Origin: Emiliania huxleyi CCMP1516 | Taxonomy: Eukaryota | Length of the DNA stretch: 64,000 nt | Reading direction: 5' to 3' | NCBI RefSeq assembly: GCF_000372725.1 | Contig: NW_005201493.1 | Location: forward strand, 138,830 to 202,829 | Part shown: positions 21,514 to 34,800 of the stretch, piece by piece | Layout of the letters: the number at the start of each line of letters is the position of its first letter | Numbering within the stretch: the stretch's first letter is position 1 | Program-made: the position numbers and the translations under genes | Notes under the pieces: generated by a model | What the model was told of the DNA's origin: nothing | Database searches by the model: none | The model's input: the letters and a program-made list of their open reading frames with translations, nothing else

Positions 21514-23852
21514 TCAGCTGCTGGAGGGCGGCGGCGCGTCAAAGAGCGCGTTGCCCATCGCGCGCAGGCCGTAGACGGAGCGCAGCTCCGTGTCGAAGTA
21601 CGGCACCTGCGTGACGTCGACCGCGCAGCGGGCCGCGAGGTCGTCGAGCTCGGCGAGGCACTGCCGCTGCCCGTTGGCGAGCCTCGCGACGTACCCGTCC
21701 GCCACGTCGGTCGCGATGAGCCGGTTGACGACGCCGCGCCGCACCGCGATCCCCTCCCGCCTCAGCTCGAGCAGCAGCCGCTCCGCCTCGTTGAGCGAGA
21801 GGGCCGTCGCGATGGTGACGATACAAAACTCGGTCGTCTCCGGGTCGTGCAGCAGCGCCTGCAGCGCCTGCATCTGGGCCTGGAACTCCTTGAGCTTCGT
21901 CACCGCCGTCGGCTCGTCGGGCGCGTCTGCGGGTGCGCCTCCGCCTCCACCGCCGCCGCCGCCGCCGAACACCTTGCCCAGCAACTGCTGCGCACCGCCC
22001 AGCATGTTGGCGGCGCCGTCGAAGCGCGAGCGGAGGACGAGGAGGCGGGTGATGAAGCGGTCGAGGAAGTCGGGGAAGGTGAGCAGCCGCAGCGTGTGGC
22101 CGGTCGGCGCCGTGTCGATGACGACGCGGTCGAAGTGGATGCCGTAGGCGTCTCGCTGCGCGAGGGCGACAATCTTTGAGAGGGCGATGAGCTCGTCGAC
22201 ACCGGGCGGCACCGCGTCGAAGATGTCCGCGAAGTCGGAGAGGCCGAGACCCTGTGCCGAGGCGGCGCCTCCCTCGTCTGATGAGACGCCGCCCACCAGC
22301 CGCTTGAACTCGGCGACGGCGTCGTCCACCTTGACCTCGCACGCGTACAGCGACGCGCCCGCCACGCCCTCCACGCGCACAACCTCGCCCGACGAGAGGT
22401 CCGTCTCGAGCGCATCGCCGAGAGAGTGCGCGGGGTCCGTCGAGACGAGCAGCGTCGAGTGGCCGTCCGTCGCGAACTGCACCGCCAGCGAAGCCGAGGT
22501 CGTGGTCTTGCCGACGCCGCCCTTGCCGCCGACGAGGACGAACCGGTCCTTTTGGTCGGCCAGCAAGTCCTCCCATGCGTCGGCGTTTGTGCCGCGGAAG
22601 GCCTGCGAGGCGACGTACTGCAGCGGGAAGACGCCCCGCATCTCGAGGTCGAAGAAGGGCAGCCGCGAAAGCGCGAGCTCGCCGAGCGGGGAAGAGCCGT
22701 CCAGCCGCTTGAGCTCGCGCCCCTGCTCGGCCCGGATGCGGTCCAAGTAATCTCGGGTGATCTCGAGTGATCTCGAGTGATCTCGGGTGATCTCGGGTGA
22801 TCTAGGGAGATCTCCTGCTCGGCCCGGATGCGGTCCAAGTATGCGGTGGAAGAGGCACCGTCCACGACCTGGTTGACGATCAAGTGCGAGACCGGCACGC
22901 CTTGGTCGGCGAGGGCAGACAGCAGCCGCGCGCACTCAGCGACGGCGAGGCGCGACGGGATGCCGACGACGACGAAGTCGGTCACGTCTTCGTCGGTGAG
23001 CAGCTCGCGCAGCGAGGCGACGCGGTCTCGCCAGCGCTGGAGGCGCGCGACGGCGGCCTCGATCTTGTCGGTGGGGTCGTTGCCTCCCAGCACGCCCTTG
23101 AGCAAGCCGATGGCGGCGAGGAGGCGCGCCTTGAGCGCCACGACCTTGCCGAGAAGGCTGTCGAGGAACTCTGGAAAGGCGAGCAGCCGCAGCGTGTGGC
23201 CGGTGGGCGCCGTGTCGAAGACGACGCGCTCAAAGCCTGTGAGCGAGGCTGCGCCGTCGCTGTCTGGCTCGGCGCCGCGCACGACCGCCAGCGTCTCAGC
23301 GAGGGCAAGCAGCTCGTCGAGGCCGGGCGGCACGTTGTCGAGGATGTCGGCAAACTCGTCGAGACCGAGCTGGCCGAGCACCTCTTCTGCGAGTCCGCCC
23401 AGCCCGAGGTCGGCAGCGCGGAAGCCGCTGACTGCGGCGCGGAAGCGGTCGACCGCGTCGGCCGTCTCGACCTCCATCGCCTGCAGGTTCTCGCACCCGG
23501 CCACGCCGACGGGCGAGCCGCCAGACACGTCCTGCATCAGCGCATCCGAGAGAGAGTGCGCCGGGTCGGTCGAGACGATGAGCGTGGAGAGGCCCGTGTC
23601 GGCGAGCCGCACTGCGATGGCGCTCGAGCTCGACGTCTTGCCGACGCCACCCTTTCCACCGACCAGGATGAGCCGCTGCGCAGCGCCCTGCCCCGTGCCG
23701 GGCTCCAGCAGCGAGGCGAGAGGCGTCGCGGCCGGAGCCACGCAGCGCACCGCGGCGGCACGGTGCTGAGGCAGCGGCGAGGTCCAGCGCGTCGGCAGCG
23801 TCCGGTGCGACGCAAGCAGCGTGAAGACACTCAACTGGACCGATTGGAGCAT
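21514..23852 (-). CDS. Tandem two-domain ArsA/GET3-family ATPase with N-terminal targeting extension; intron 22723-22814
   Basis: Two sets of GGKGGVGKT, STDPAHSL, PPG.DE and DTAPTGHTLRLL motifs; removing the 92-bp intron joins the two long ORFs. Confidence 0.9.
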
Positions 23853-24477
23853 ACACACGACGGAGCGGGACGACTGGCGAGCACACGCCTGGGGCCACCC
23901 TCCATCGAGGTCTCGTGGAGCAGCCCTGCAAAACCTCAAACCCCAATACCCTCTCGGATCCCTTGATATGAACCGCCAAATGCACATACCTTGAAGGTGG
24001 TCCGATGAAAGCCCACCCATGTAGCTCTGTGTCTTGGTTTGCCAACAACATACCTAAAACGAAAATGTAGGACCGACACTGGACCGACGGGCGACTTGAC
24101 GGGCGCCGGCCGCCGCGCCGCGTGCGGACAGGCCGCGAGTCCCGCTCCCCCGACGACGGCGGACCACCTCGCCTCAAGTCGAACGAACCCTCGATGTGCG
24201 GGGGCAGTGACTCGTGGAGGAGCTCTAGAGTTTTACAACAAAGCTCCCTCGCACGAGCTCTAGAAAGCTGCCGCCGGGTCCAACCGACCGGACGGACGCC
24301 CAGTAGCGCCGGGGGCGGCAGACAGAGAGAAGAGAGAGTTGTTTGGTGCTCATCCTTCTGTGTTTTAGGTCTATGTGTTCGGCGTCGCGCTGGTTTCTTT
24401 ATTTATGTCAAAAAGAAAATGAAATTCAATCGGGATTTGCCGCAACGGTTTTTTTCAGGGAGCTAAAAAAAACGCTC

Positions 24478-27011
24478 ATGAGTGGACTTGCAAACACTCG
24501 AAAACACCTGCATTGGATCCCGCATTTCAACACGCACCAAACAGGCGCCAAGACCCGTCAGTGCAGCTCATCTCCGATGGTCAAGCGCCTGCGCATACAC
24601 CACCGTTTGAACGTCACCGTCGTGGCGCAGGACACCCGTGGTCCACCATCCAGTGGCGGGGGTCAGAGGGCCCCCGATGGCGGCGACATTGATGGCAGTG
24701 GGGAGAGCCTGCCGCGCCCCCCGCGCTGTGCTCCAGGCTGCGGAGTCCACGGGACTTGCGACGAGTGGCGGTCGCGTTGCGACTGCCCAATCGGCTTCAC
24801 TGGCGAGGCCTGCCAGATAGCGACGCTTCCTGCGTGCCAGCTGGGCAATCACCTCCTGCCCATTCGATCTTGGATCCTGCTGGCGCTCTTTCGGCTACAC
24901 CGCGGGGGGAAGGCGAAAGAGGTGTCAGACCGAGGCATCGGGCCGGTGCCATGTGCTTGCCTGCACGCTCTGGTCGAGACACCCTTCCTCCTGGAGCGCA
25001 CACGGCTCGAGGACCTCGCCAGCTTTGAGCCGCACTGCGTGCACCTTCCGCCCAGCCTGAGTCTGAAGAACTTTCTCACCGTCCCCGCAGTGTTCACCAA
25101 CGTGAGCTGGCATCGCTTCTCATTCGCCGCGGCGCTTGCGGCGCATCGTCTACAACTTCCCGCCTCACTGTGGAGCGAGACGGTATGGCCTATGAACGCG
25201 ACGCTGCTGGCGAGTGCTGACGCGCATCTCGAGCAGCAGTTTGACCTTCGCTTCGACGCCCGGGATAGAAGAGATGCAGTGGCGTTTGCGCGACGCACCG
25301 TGCGCGGCTCGGCGCCCCCGCTGCTGCGTAGCTCGCCTGCGCCTGAGCGCTCTCGCCTCCTACCCCTGGACGCGTGCAGCAGTCAGTGCGGGGGCCGAGG
25401 CTGGTGCGCCGAGTCCGCCGAGTCGGGTCACGGCCAACGTGTTGTGTGCGGCTGCTTCACTCCGCACGGGCTGTATGAGCTATACGAGGAGGAAGGGCAC
25501 GCTCAAACTGACGGTGCGTGCCCCTTCGAGCCACGCGCCTCGTCGCAGCCCGGCGCGCTCATGCTCTCACCGCGCTGCCTGATCGACTGCGGCGGCAACG
25601 GTGCGTGTGACTGGATGGGGTTCTGCAAGTGCAAAGCAGGATTTTGGGGGCCGGACTGTGGCGTAACCCACGCTGCGCACCGGCACTCACTGCCGCACGG
25701 GCCCCGGATCGTCAGAGCTGCGCGTGACCCCAGCACACGAGCACGGCCGCGCGGCACATGCCCGCGCATCCACGTGCCGACGCTCCCGCCGTTGCTGCGC
25801 TTCGGGATCTCGATTGGCGAGGAGCTGCACCACCGACTGATCGAGCGCGTTCTCACCTCCGACTGCCGCGAGCCGACGCTGGAGCGTGCGGACTACGTCT
25901 GGCTGCTGGCGCCGCAGTTCGCGGTGCATTTCCTCCCCGCCCGCCCGCCTCCCTGTCCCCTCGCCCGCCCCCCTGCGGCCCAGCGCGCACTGAGGGCCTT
26001 TCGTTGTGGTGCAGAAAGATGTCCACCGAGTACTTGCTTTGCGCCACCACTTGCTGACGGCGGAGCCGCTCGGGCTCGGAGCGCGCTACCTGCAGGTGTT
26101 GCCTGCGGACCGTGCATTCAGCGAGTCGCTAGAGCTCGCTGCGCCTTGGTTCGAAGTCGAGGAGGTCTGGTGGCCCGAGCTCTCGCGAGCGCCTCACGTG
26201 CTCGCGCTGAGAGACCTCGGGTGCAACCGGCCTGCGCGGCTGGTCTCACCGGATCCGCGGCTTCGAGGCAGCGAGGCGGTGGCGGCGGCGAGCGAGGTGG
26301 CCGAGATCTTCGTGTCGAATAGCTTGGACGCGCTGCGCCCGCTCCTCAATCGTGTCTTCCAAAGGTTGCACGCAATGCCGAGCTCTGTGTGGCAGGACGA
26401 CTGCAACGAGCTGGACGATTGGATGCCGTGGTCGCGCACGAGGCGTTGGGCGGGCCTGCAATTCATCGGCAATCGGGACCACCCGGTACACTTCCAGCAG
26501 GGCCTCGACGTGGTCCTGCCGGTCTACTTGCTGTGCCGAGTGCAGGCGGGATGGGGGGCAGTGGTGCCCGGGGCAACGGCCGGGGTGACGTTCTTGACTG
26601 CCCCTGAGCACACCTGCTCTTGGCGCTCTACCCGCCATGTGCGTGAGCCCATCGCTGCCTCCCCCTCTCTTGCCTTGATACTCCCGGCCTCCGTTGACAG
26701 GGTGCCACACAGGCAACTCAACCTGGGGCTACTGCGCCGACGACTTTTCTTCCTGGTATCATGAGGTCGCCGTGCAACACACTGAGAACCTCGACGAGTC
26801 GGACACAATCGAGGGGTGGACCTTGACGTGTATGTGGGGGGCGGCGTTTGCCCCGGCGGTCCGGTCAGCGTCTTCAACTTCGATGCGTGGCCTGCGCCGC
26901 CGGAGGCGACATACGACTACGTTGGCCCCGTGCGCTTCGAGGTTACCCCGGCCGCATAGACCCTTTAGGCGGGTATCGGTCGTAGTCTCCGGCCGGATAG
27001 GTGCCGTGTGA
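24478..27011 (+). CDS. EGF-domain exostosin (GT47)-like glycosyltransferase, spliced
   Basis: EGF-like CAPGCGVHGTC...CDCPIGFTGEAC and CGGNGAC...CKCKAGFWGPDC; PRIHV..LPP, ADYVW, DVVLP segments typical of algal exostosin-like proteins; start and exon limits uncertain. Confidence 0.55.
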
Positions 27012-27251
27012 CAGCCCGCGCCGGCGCGTGGAGTGTGCTGAAGTCCCTCGCCTGAGTGTGCTACGCGTGCGTGCGCCCACCCCGATGTGTGTAAATTTTG
27101 CCCCGTGAAGGAAGAAGCAAGAACGGAAGAGGAGACGCGTATGTACACGCCCCTCGTGATACGACGCCGGGAGATGGCACGGCAATGGCACTTGCAACGG
27201 CTGATGCGCGCGGCGCTCTCTCTCTAGCTCTCTCTCTGTCAGATCTGGCAT

Positions 27252-28493
27252 GGCCGAGCGTTTTTGATCTCTCGGTAAGTGGGGGGCCGAGCCGCCTCGG
27301 GGTGGCGGGCGGGCGGGCGTGTTGAAAAACAGAAAACAGAAAACAGAGGGGGGCCAGGGCCCCCACTACGATTAGACACACGCACCTGGCTCCTGGGTCA
27401 AGGCGAGAACGCGCAGCATGTGCAGTACCGTTCAGCGGAGGGGGGGGGGGGAGCCGAGGGGGCGACGTCCCGACACGGCAGCTTGGAGCTGACCCCGGGA
27501 GAGAGAGAGACGAGCGATGGCACGCCCCCAATGACCCTAGACAGACATGACGAGCCGACAGCGATGCAGCGGCAGCGAAGGCGGCGAGGAGAGCCCGCGC
27601 TGCAGAGCTCCGCCGGGCGGCGGCAGCAGAGACATCGGCGGACGGGGGAGCACGGGACACGTCGGCATAGGAGCCAGGGGGGTGGGAGAGTTGAGTCGTG
27701 CAGCAGCACCGTCTCGGCAGCGAGGCCGACGATGGCGACGGCGGCGACGTAGGCGAGACGGTGGCGAGGGTGGCGACGGTCACGATGAAGGTGGCTTGAC
27801 GAAATGGATGACGCCATCGCGCAACATGACATCCTCGATGTCGTCGTCCTCGAGCCGGTTGAGCTCCTTCATCAGGAAGTGCATTGCCGTCGCCCGCTCC
27901 TTTTGCGGCGTCGCATGCGTCATCAGGTTGGGAAAGACTTTGACGAAAAAGTCATCGACGGAGAACTCGTCCTGCTCCTGCTCCTGCAGCTCCGAGATCG
28001 CATCTCGGATCCTCGCGCGCGCAGCCGACATCCACGGGATGATGGGGCGGTCGCCGCTCTCGTCCGACGACGTGTCTCCAACCTCCTCCACGGCGGACCC
28101 GGCGGCCTCAGGCGGCTCGGTTGGCAGCGTGATCGTGTCCGTCTGGAGCGAGTAGGTGAGCTTGCCCTCCTTCTCCAGCGTTGCGAGCGCCGCCTTCCAC
28201 TCGCCCTTGTCACCAAAGCTGCGCTTCGGACTCACGGTGTCGAGTCCCGTCACCTCTTGGCGAAGCATTGAGCGGTAGAAGGACGTCTTGCCGCGGTCGG
28301 CGAACTTGGTCAGCGCCAGCAGGATCAGCTCGGAGAGGCTCGGCGGGCTGGCCGCCGCCGCTGCGGCGGCCTTCTTTGCGCGCTTGCGTGAGGCGGTTTC
28401 TTGTTTTTGTTTTTGTTTTCAGACTAGGGGGCCCGACCCCCTCAGAGGCGGCGGGCGGGCGCCCACTTACCGAGAGATCAAAAACGCTCGGCC
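27252..28493. mobile_element. Non-autonomous TIR element (32-bp perfect TIRs) carrying a gene fragment
   Basis: GGCCGAGCGTTTTTGATCTCTCGGTAAGTGGG at 27252-27283 and its reverse complement at 28462-28493; absent from the duplicate locus at ~30530. Confidence 0.85.
27780..28375 (-). CDS. Cargo ORF inside the TIR element, two possible winged-helix-like modules
   Basis: SELILLALTKF...WKAALATLEKEGKLTY and IRDAISEL...ELNRLEDDD.EDVMLRDGVIHFV resemble MCM-type C-terminal WH folds; no clear start. Confidence 0.4.
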
Positions 28494-28803
28494 CATCTGC
28501 TGTCTCGTCTGACTCCGCGGGGGCGCTCTCCGGCTCTCGGGTGGTGTCGAAAGGGGGACTCGGAGCGAGCGTCGTGGAGGTCAGGACGAACGCAGAACTT
28601 TCTCTCTTACTCTCACACCTCAACCCCCGCATGCCAACCAAGAGAGAGTACACCGCGCCACGAATCACCCAGCCCACGTCTCCGGTGCTGCGAGTGTTTT
28701 GCGTGAGAGCGCGCGCGCGGCTGCGGATATATCGCGCCAAGCCGTCCGTTGGGAACGGCGCGCGTAGCGGGCTGCAGCATCAGGGGCGAGCAAGCACCCT
28801 TTG

Positions 28804-31800
28804 CTAGCTCCCGCCGCCTCTGCCGCCGCCGCCCCCCTTGCCGCCGCCCTTGCCCTTGCCACCGCCGCCCTTGCCGCCTCCTCCCCCGCCCTTGCCGCCG
28901 CCGCCGCCGCCGCCCTTGCCGCCGTTGCGTCCTCCTCCACCGTCGCCCCGCGTCACGTTCAGCCCGGGCACGCCCTTGAGGCCCATCTTGCCCACCGTCT
29001 TCGCCTACAACAAAGGATCCGGCGTCCCACACACACACCAACTCGCATCGCCGTCTTGCCCACCGTCTTCGCCTCCAGGGCGGGGGGCGTCGACAGGCCA
29101 AGCACAACCGAGGCGTACTCGTTTGCGCGCTCGACCAGCTCCTCCTTGGACCAGCCGAGCCGCTTGAGGTACGAGTTGTAGAAGCCGAGCCACGCCTGGG
29201 GAGATATGGGGAGATGAGGGGGAGATGCGGGGAGATGTGGGAGATGCGGCGAGAGGGAGATGTGGGGAGATGGGGGAGGTGTGGGGAGATGTGGGGAGGG
29301 ATGTGGGGAGATGGGCCGAGGTCCGCCGAGGTCCGCCGAGGTCCGCCGAGGTCCGCCGAGGTCCGCCGAGGTCCGCCGAGGTCCGCCGAGGTTCGCGAGT
29401 TCGCTGAGTGAGATTCGCTGAGATTCGCCTGGTAGCCGCAGCCGAGCGTGACGGACGGCAGCTTGGAGAAGGCGTCGGCGATGGAGGGCATCATCGAGGC
29501 GGCGACGCCCGCGGCGAGCGGCGGCCGCTTCTTGAGGGGCAGGTCGCGCAGGTCGTGGAGGAAGAAGGACTCGAAGTCGGCGAGCAGGAGGTAGCCGCCG
29601 CCGTTCTTGCCCGCGCGCGCCGTCCGGCCGAGGCGGTGGATGTACTGCGCCCTGTCAGACGGCATGCCCACCTGGGCGACACGTGGAGAGGGTCCGGGGA
29701 CGGGGGCGTGGCGCGGGCGTGTGTGGAGGGCGTGTGTGGATGGCGTGTGTGGCGGGCGTGTGTGGTGGGCGTGTCGTGGAGCGTGGTGTCCCGTCTGTCG
29801 GATGATCCGGGGAGATGTGGGAGATGTGNNNNNNNNNNNNNNNNNNNNNNNNNNNNNNNNNNNNNNNNNNNNNNNNNNNNNNNNNNNNNNNNNNNNNNNN
29901 NNNNNNNNNNNNNNNNNNNNNNNNNNNNGTGAGCCATCGCTGCTCCCCCTCTCTTGCCTTGATACTCCCGGCCTCCGTTGACAGGGTGCCACACAGGCAA
30001 CTCAACCTGGGGCTACTGCGCCGACGACTTTTCTTCCTGGTATCATGAGGTCGCCGTGCAACACACTGAGAACCTCGACGAGTCGGACACAATCGAGGGG
30101 TGGACCTTGACGTGTATGTGGGGGGCGGCGTTTGCCCCGGCGGTCCGGTCAGCGTCTTCAACTTCGATGCGTGGCCTGCGCCGCCGGAGGCGACATACGA
30201 CTACGTTGGCCCCGTGCGCTTCGAGGTTACCCCGGCCGCATAGACCCTTTAGGCGGGTATCGGTCGTAGTCTCCGGCCGGATAGGTGCCGTGTGACAGCC
30301 CGCGCCGGCGCGTGGAGTGTGCTGAAGTCCCTCGCCTGAGTGTGCTACGCGTGCGTGCGCCCACCCCGATGTGTGTAAATTTTGCCCCGTGAAGGAAGAA
30401 GCAAGAACGGAAGAGGAGACGCGTATGTACACGCCCCTCGTGATACGACGCCGGGAGATGGCACGGCAATGGCACTTGCAACGGCTGATGCGCGCGGCGC
30501 TCTCTCTCTAGCTCTCTCTCTGTCAGATCTCAGCTGGCAATATATTGCTGTCTCGTCTGACTCCGCGGGGGCGCTCTCCGGCTCTCGGGTGGTGTCGAAA
30601 GGGGGACTCGGAGCGAGCGTCGTGGAGGTCAGGACGAACGCAGAACTTTCTCTCTTACTCTCACACCTCAACCCCCGCATGCCAACCAAGAGAGAGTACA
30701 CCGCGCCACGAATCACCCAGCCCACGTCTCCGGTGCTGCGAGTGTTTTGCGTGAGAGCGCGCGCGCGGCTGCGGATATATCGCGCCAAGCCGTCCGTTGG
30801 GAACGGCGCGCGTAGCGGGCTGCAGCATCAGGGGCGAGCAAGCACCCTTTGCTAGCTCCCGCCGCCTCTGCCGCCGCCGCCCCCCTTGCCGCCGCCCTTG
30901 CCCTTGCCACCGCCGCCCTTGCCGCCTCCTCCCCCGCCCTTGCCGCCGCCGCCGCCGCCGCCCTTGCCGCCGTTGCGTCCTCCTCCACCGTCGCCCCGCG
31001 TCACGTTCAGCCCGGGCACGCCCTTGAGGCCCATCTTGCCCACCGTCTTCGCCTACAACAAAGGATCCGGCGTCCCACACACACACCAACTCGCATCGCC
31101 GTCTTGCCCACCGTCTTCGCCTCCAGGGCGGGGGGCGTCGACAGGCCAAGCACAACCGAGGCGTACTCGTTTGCGCGCTCGACCAGCTCCTCCTTGGACC
31201 AGCCGAGCCGCTTGAGGTACGAGTTGTAGAAGCCGAGCCACGCCTGGGGAGGTATGGGAAGGGGAAGATGCGGGGAGATGTGGAGATGCGGNNNNNNNNN
31301 NNNNNNNNNNNNNNNNNNNNNNNNNNNNNNNNNNNNNNNNNNNNNNNNNNNNNNNNNNNNNNNNNNNNNNNNNNNNNNNNNNNNNNNNNNNCGAAAAGGA
31401 GCACGGTGCAAGATCTGTCGAGCTCCTTCCAAAAAGAGGGGGCGTGACAATTTATCCTGTAACACAAATGAGGCACCACTGAGTTCACATATACTTCGCC
31501 CTACGGCCGCCAACGTATAGCGGAGTTGCTGCTCCAAGCTCGGGTCTGAGGTTCGAACTTCCAGGAAATTCCCCCCACTGTTACGGCCATTTCCCTCCAC
31601 GTCCAGACAACGTACAAGAAACTTTTCGCCAGCGGGGGGAGGGAGGGGAATGGAGAGGTGTGGAAAGGAGAGAGAGGGAGGTGTGGGGAGGAGAGAGAGG
31701 GGGATGTGGAAGGGAGGAGGTGTGGAGAGGGGGGAGGCGTGGAGGGAGCGAGGTGGGTGGAGGAGAGACCGGTGTTTGGAAGAGAGGGAGGCGTGAGCGA

Positions 31801-34800
31801 GGGAGGTGTGAGCAAGGGAGGCGTGAGCGAGGGAGGTATGAGCGAGGGAGGTATGAGCGAGGAAGGTGTGAGGGGAAGACGACGGCGACCTTGTAGCCCG
31901 GCTCGGCCGTTGCCTCTTGGACGAGCGCAAACAGCTCGGGCGCCTGCCAGGGGAGATATGGGGAGGTATGGGGAGGTATGGGGAGATATGGGGAGATATG
32001 GGGAGATGTGGGGAGATGTGGGGAGATGTGGGGAGATATGGGCAGATGCGGGGAGATATGGGGAGATATGGGGAGATGTGGGGAGATGTGGGGAGATGTG
32101 GGGAGATGCGGGGAGATATGGGGAGATATGGGGAGATATGGGGAGATGTGGGGAGATGCGGGGAGATATGGGGAGATGCGGGAAGATATGGGGAGATATG
32201 GGGAGATATGGGGAGATGCGGGGAGATATGGGGAGATGCGGGGAGATGCGGGGAGATATGCACCTGCCCGCCGAGCGACGTCACGGTGGAGGCTTGCTCG
32301 ACCTGCGGACATGTCTCGGACATGTCGCGGACATGTCGTGGACGTGTCGTGGACATGTCGTGGACGTGTCGCGGACGTGTCGTGGACATGTCGTGGACGT
32401 GTCGTGGGCGCTTGCCCGACCTGCGCGTTTGTGTTTGTCTCCTCGCCGACCGTGTCGACGAGCTTGGTGCGGTCTGGGCCTCGCGTCGCGATCTGCGCCA
32501 CGGAGAGCGGGTGGTCTCGGGTGATCTCGGGTGATCTCGGGTGACCTCGGGTGATCTCGGGTGATCTCGGGTGATCTCGGGTGATCTCGGGTGATCTCGG
32601 GTGATCTCGGGTGATCTCGGGTGATCTCGGGCGATCTCGGGCGATCTCGGGTGATCTCGGGTGACCTCGGGTGATCTCGGGTGATCTCGGGTGATCTCGG
32701 GTGACCTCGGGTGATCTCGGGTGACCTCGGGTGATCTCGGGTGACCTCGGGTGATCTCGGGTGACCTCGGGTGATCTCGCGTGATCTCGGGTGATCTCGG
32801 GTGACCTCGGGTGATCTCGGGTGCTCTCGGGTACTCTCGGGTCATTCTCCGAAGTTCAGATCGCCTGCGCCACGGATAGGACGTCCTTGGGCAGCGTCGC
32901 GGAGAAGAGCAGCGTCATCCGCCGCTGCGACGAGAGGCGGCGGGGGGGCGGAGGTGGGTGGAGAGGAGGCGGGGAGAGGAGGCGGGGAGAGGAGGCGGCG
33001 AGAGGAGGCGGGGAGAGGAGGCGGGGAGAGGAGGCGGGGAGAGGAGGCGGGGAGAGGAGGCGGGGAGAGGAGGCGGGGAGAGGCGGCGGGGACAAGAGGG
33101 AGCCAGAGCGGTGAGGAGAGCAGCAGCGGCGGTGTGATGGCGGCGCGCGCCTCCCGCGACGGCGCCAGCGCCTGGAGAATCTTTTGGATGTCGGGCCGGA
33201 AGCCCATTTCGAGCAGCTGGTCCGCCTGCGCGTGAGAGAGAGACTCGAAGATGAGCGGCGATCTCTCGGCTGCCTCTCGGCGATCTCTCGGCTGCCTCTC
33301 GGCTGCCTCTCGGCTGCCTCTCGGCTGCCTCTCGGCTGCCTCTCGGCTGCCTCTCGGCTGCCTCTCGGCTGCCTCTCGGCTGCCTCTCGGCTGCCTCTCG
33401 GCTGCCTCTCGGCTGCCTCTCGGCTGCCTCTCGGCTGCCTCTCGGCTCTATCTCTCGAGCAGCTCGTCTTCCTCGTCGAAGATGAGCGCCATCAGCCCGG
33501 CGCACGACTGGTCGAGAAATAGCCGAGGTATGGCCGAGGCACAGCCGAGACATAGCACCGAGGTGTGGCCGAGGTACAGCCGAGGTGTGGCCGAGGTGTG
33601 GCCGAGGTATGGCCGAGGTATGGCCGAGGTATGGCCGAGGTATGGCCGAGGTATGGCCGAGGTATGGCCGAGGTATGGCCGAGGTACAGCCGAGGTACAG
33701 CCGAGGTACAGCTGAGGTACAGCCGAGGTACAGCCGAGGTACAGCCGAGGTACAGCCGAGGTAGCGGCCTGGTCGGCGCCGTAGTTGTACAGCAGGTCGT
33801 TGAGCCGGCCGGGCGTGGCGACGAGCAGCGAGGGCGGCTTGGTCTGGAGAAGGGGGAGAGGCGGCGGCGGTGAGGAGGAGGTTGGAAGAGGCGGCAAGGT
33901 GAGGAGGGAAGAGGTTGGGAGAGGCGGCGGCGGTGAGGAGAGGGAGAAGCAGCGGCGAGGGGAGAGAGGGAGGCAGCAGAGGTGAGCAGGAGAGAAAGAG
34001 AGAGAGAGAGGGAGGCAGCAGCGGCGAGAGAGGGGTGCGGCAGCGGCGAGGAGAGAGGAGGTGTGCGTCAGCGGCGAGGAACGGGGAGAGGCAGCAGCGG
34101 CGAGGAGAGAGGTGTGCGGCAGCGGCGAGCGGGTGCGCGGCTCGCGCCTGCAGCATCCGGACGTCGGACTTGATATTTGTGCCTCCGACGACGACGGCGG
34201 TGGTGAGGGCGGGCTTGTGGAAGGTGATGAGCTGCTCCGCCTCGTCGCGGATCTGCGACGCCAGCTCGCGCGTCGGAGAGATGGCGAGCGCACGCACGCC
34301 GCCGCCGGTGGCGGGCTTCAGCAGCACTTCGATCGTCGGGAGCAGAAAGGCGATGGTCTTTCCGGTGCCGGTCTTGGCCTTGGCGATGACGTCGAAGCCG
34401 GAGAGGATGACGGGCAGCGTCTGCGCCTGCACCACCGACATCACCTCGTAGCACAGCACCTCGGCGATCGCCTTCTTGGTCAGCGGGTGGATGTCGAGCG
34501 ACGCAAACGAGTTGCCGGTCAGGTGGGCGCGCGTCGTGCTCGAGGTGCGCGAGTTTGGGTTGGCCTTGGCGGCTGCCGGCCCGGCCGCCGGCGGAGCGGG
34601 GAGTGCCGAGATGGTGTCTCCGTTTGCCTCCGCGGGAGCGGCTCCGTTGGCGCCGCCGTGGCCGTGGCCGTTGCCGCCGCCGCTGGCGCCGCCATTGGCG
34701 CCGCCATTGGCGCCGCCATTGGCGCCGCCACCCCTGTTGCGGCCACGGCCGCCGCGCGGGCGGCGACGAGGGCCGCCTTCGCCCTTGCCGCCTCCGCCGC

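Noticed and set aside
29929..31290. Apparent tandem duplication of the helicase 3' end and exostosin-like 3' end
   Set aside because: Near-identical and bounded by 100-N gaps; most simply an uncollapsed haplotype contig
31392..31640. AT-richer segment within the helicase, possible foreign insert
   Set aside because: Adjacent to a gap where helicase motifs IV-V are expected; likely low-quality read end
31950..33760. Long ORFs of SPHISP/PEITRDHPR/GEIWGD repeats; CRISPR-like appearance
   Set aside because: Translations of intronic 10/11-bp minisatellites; no unique spacers and no cas genes
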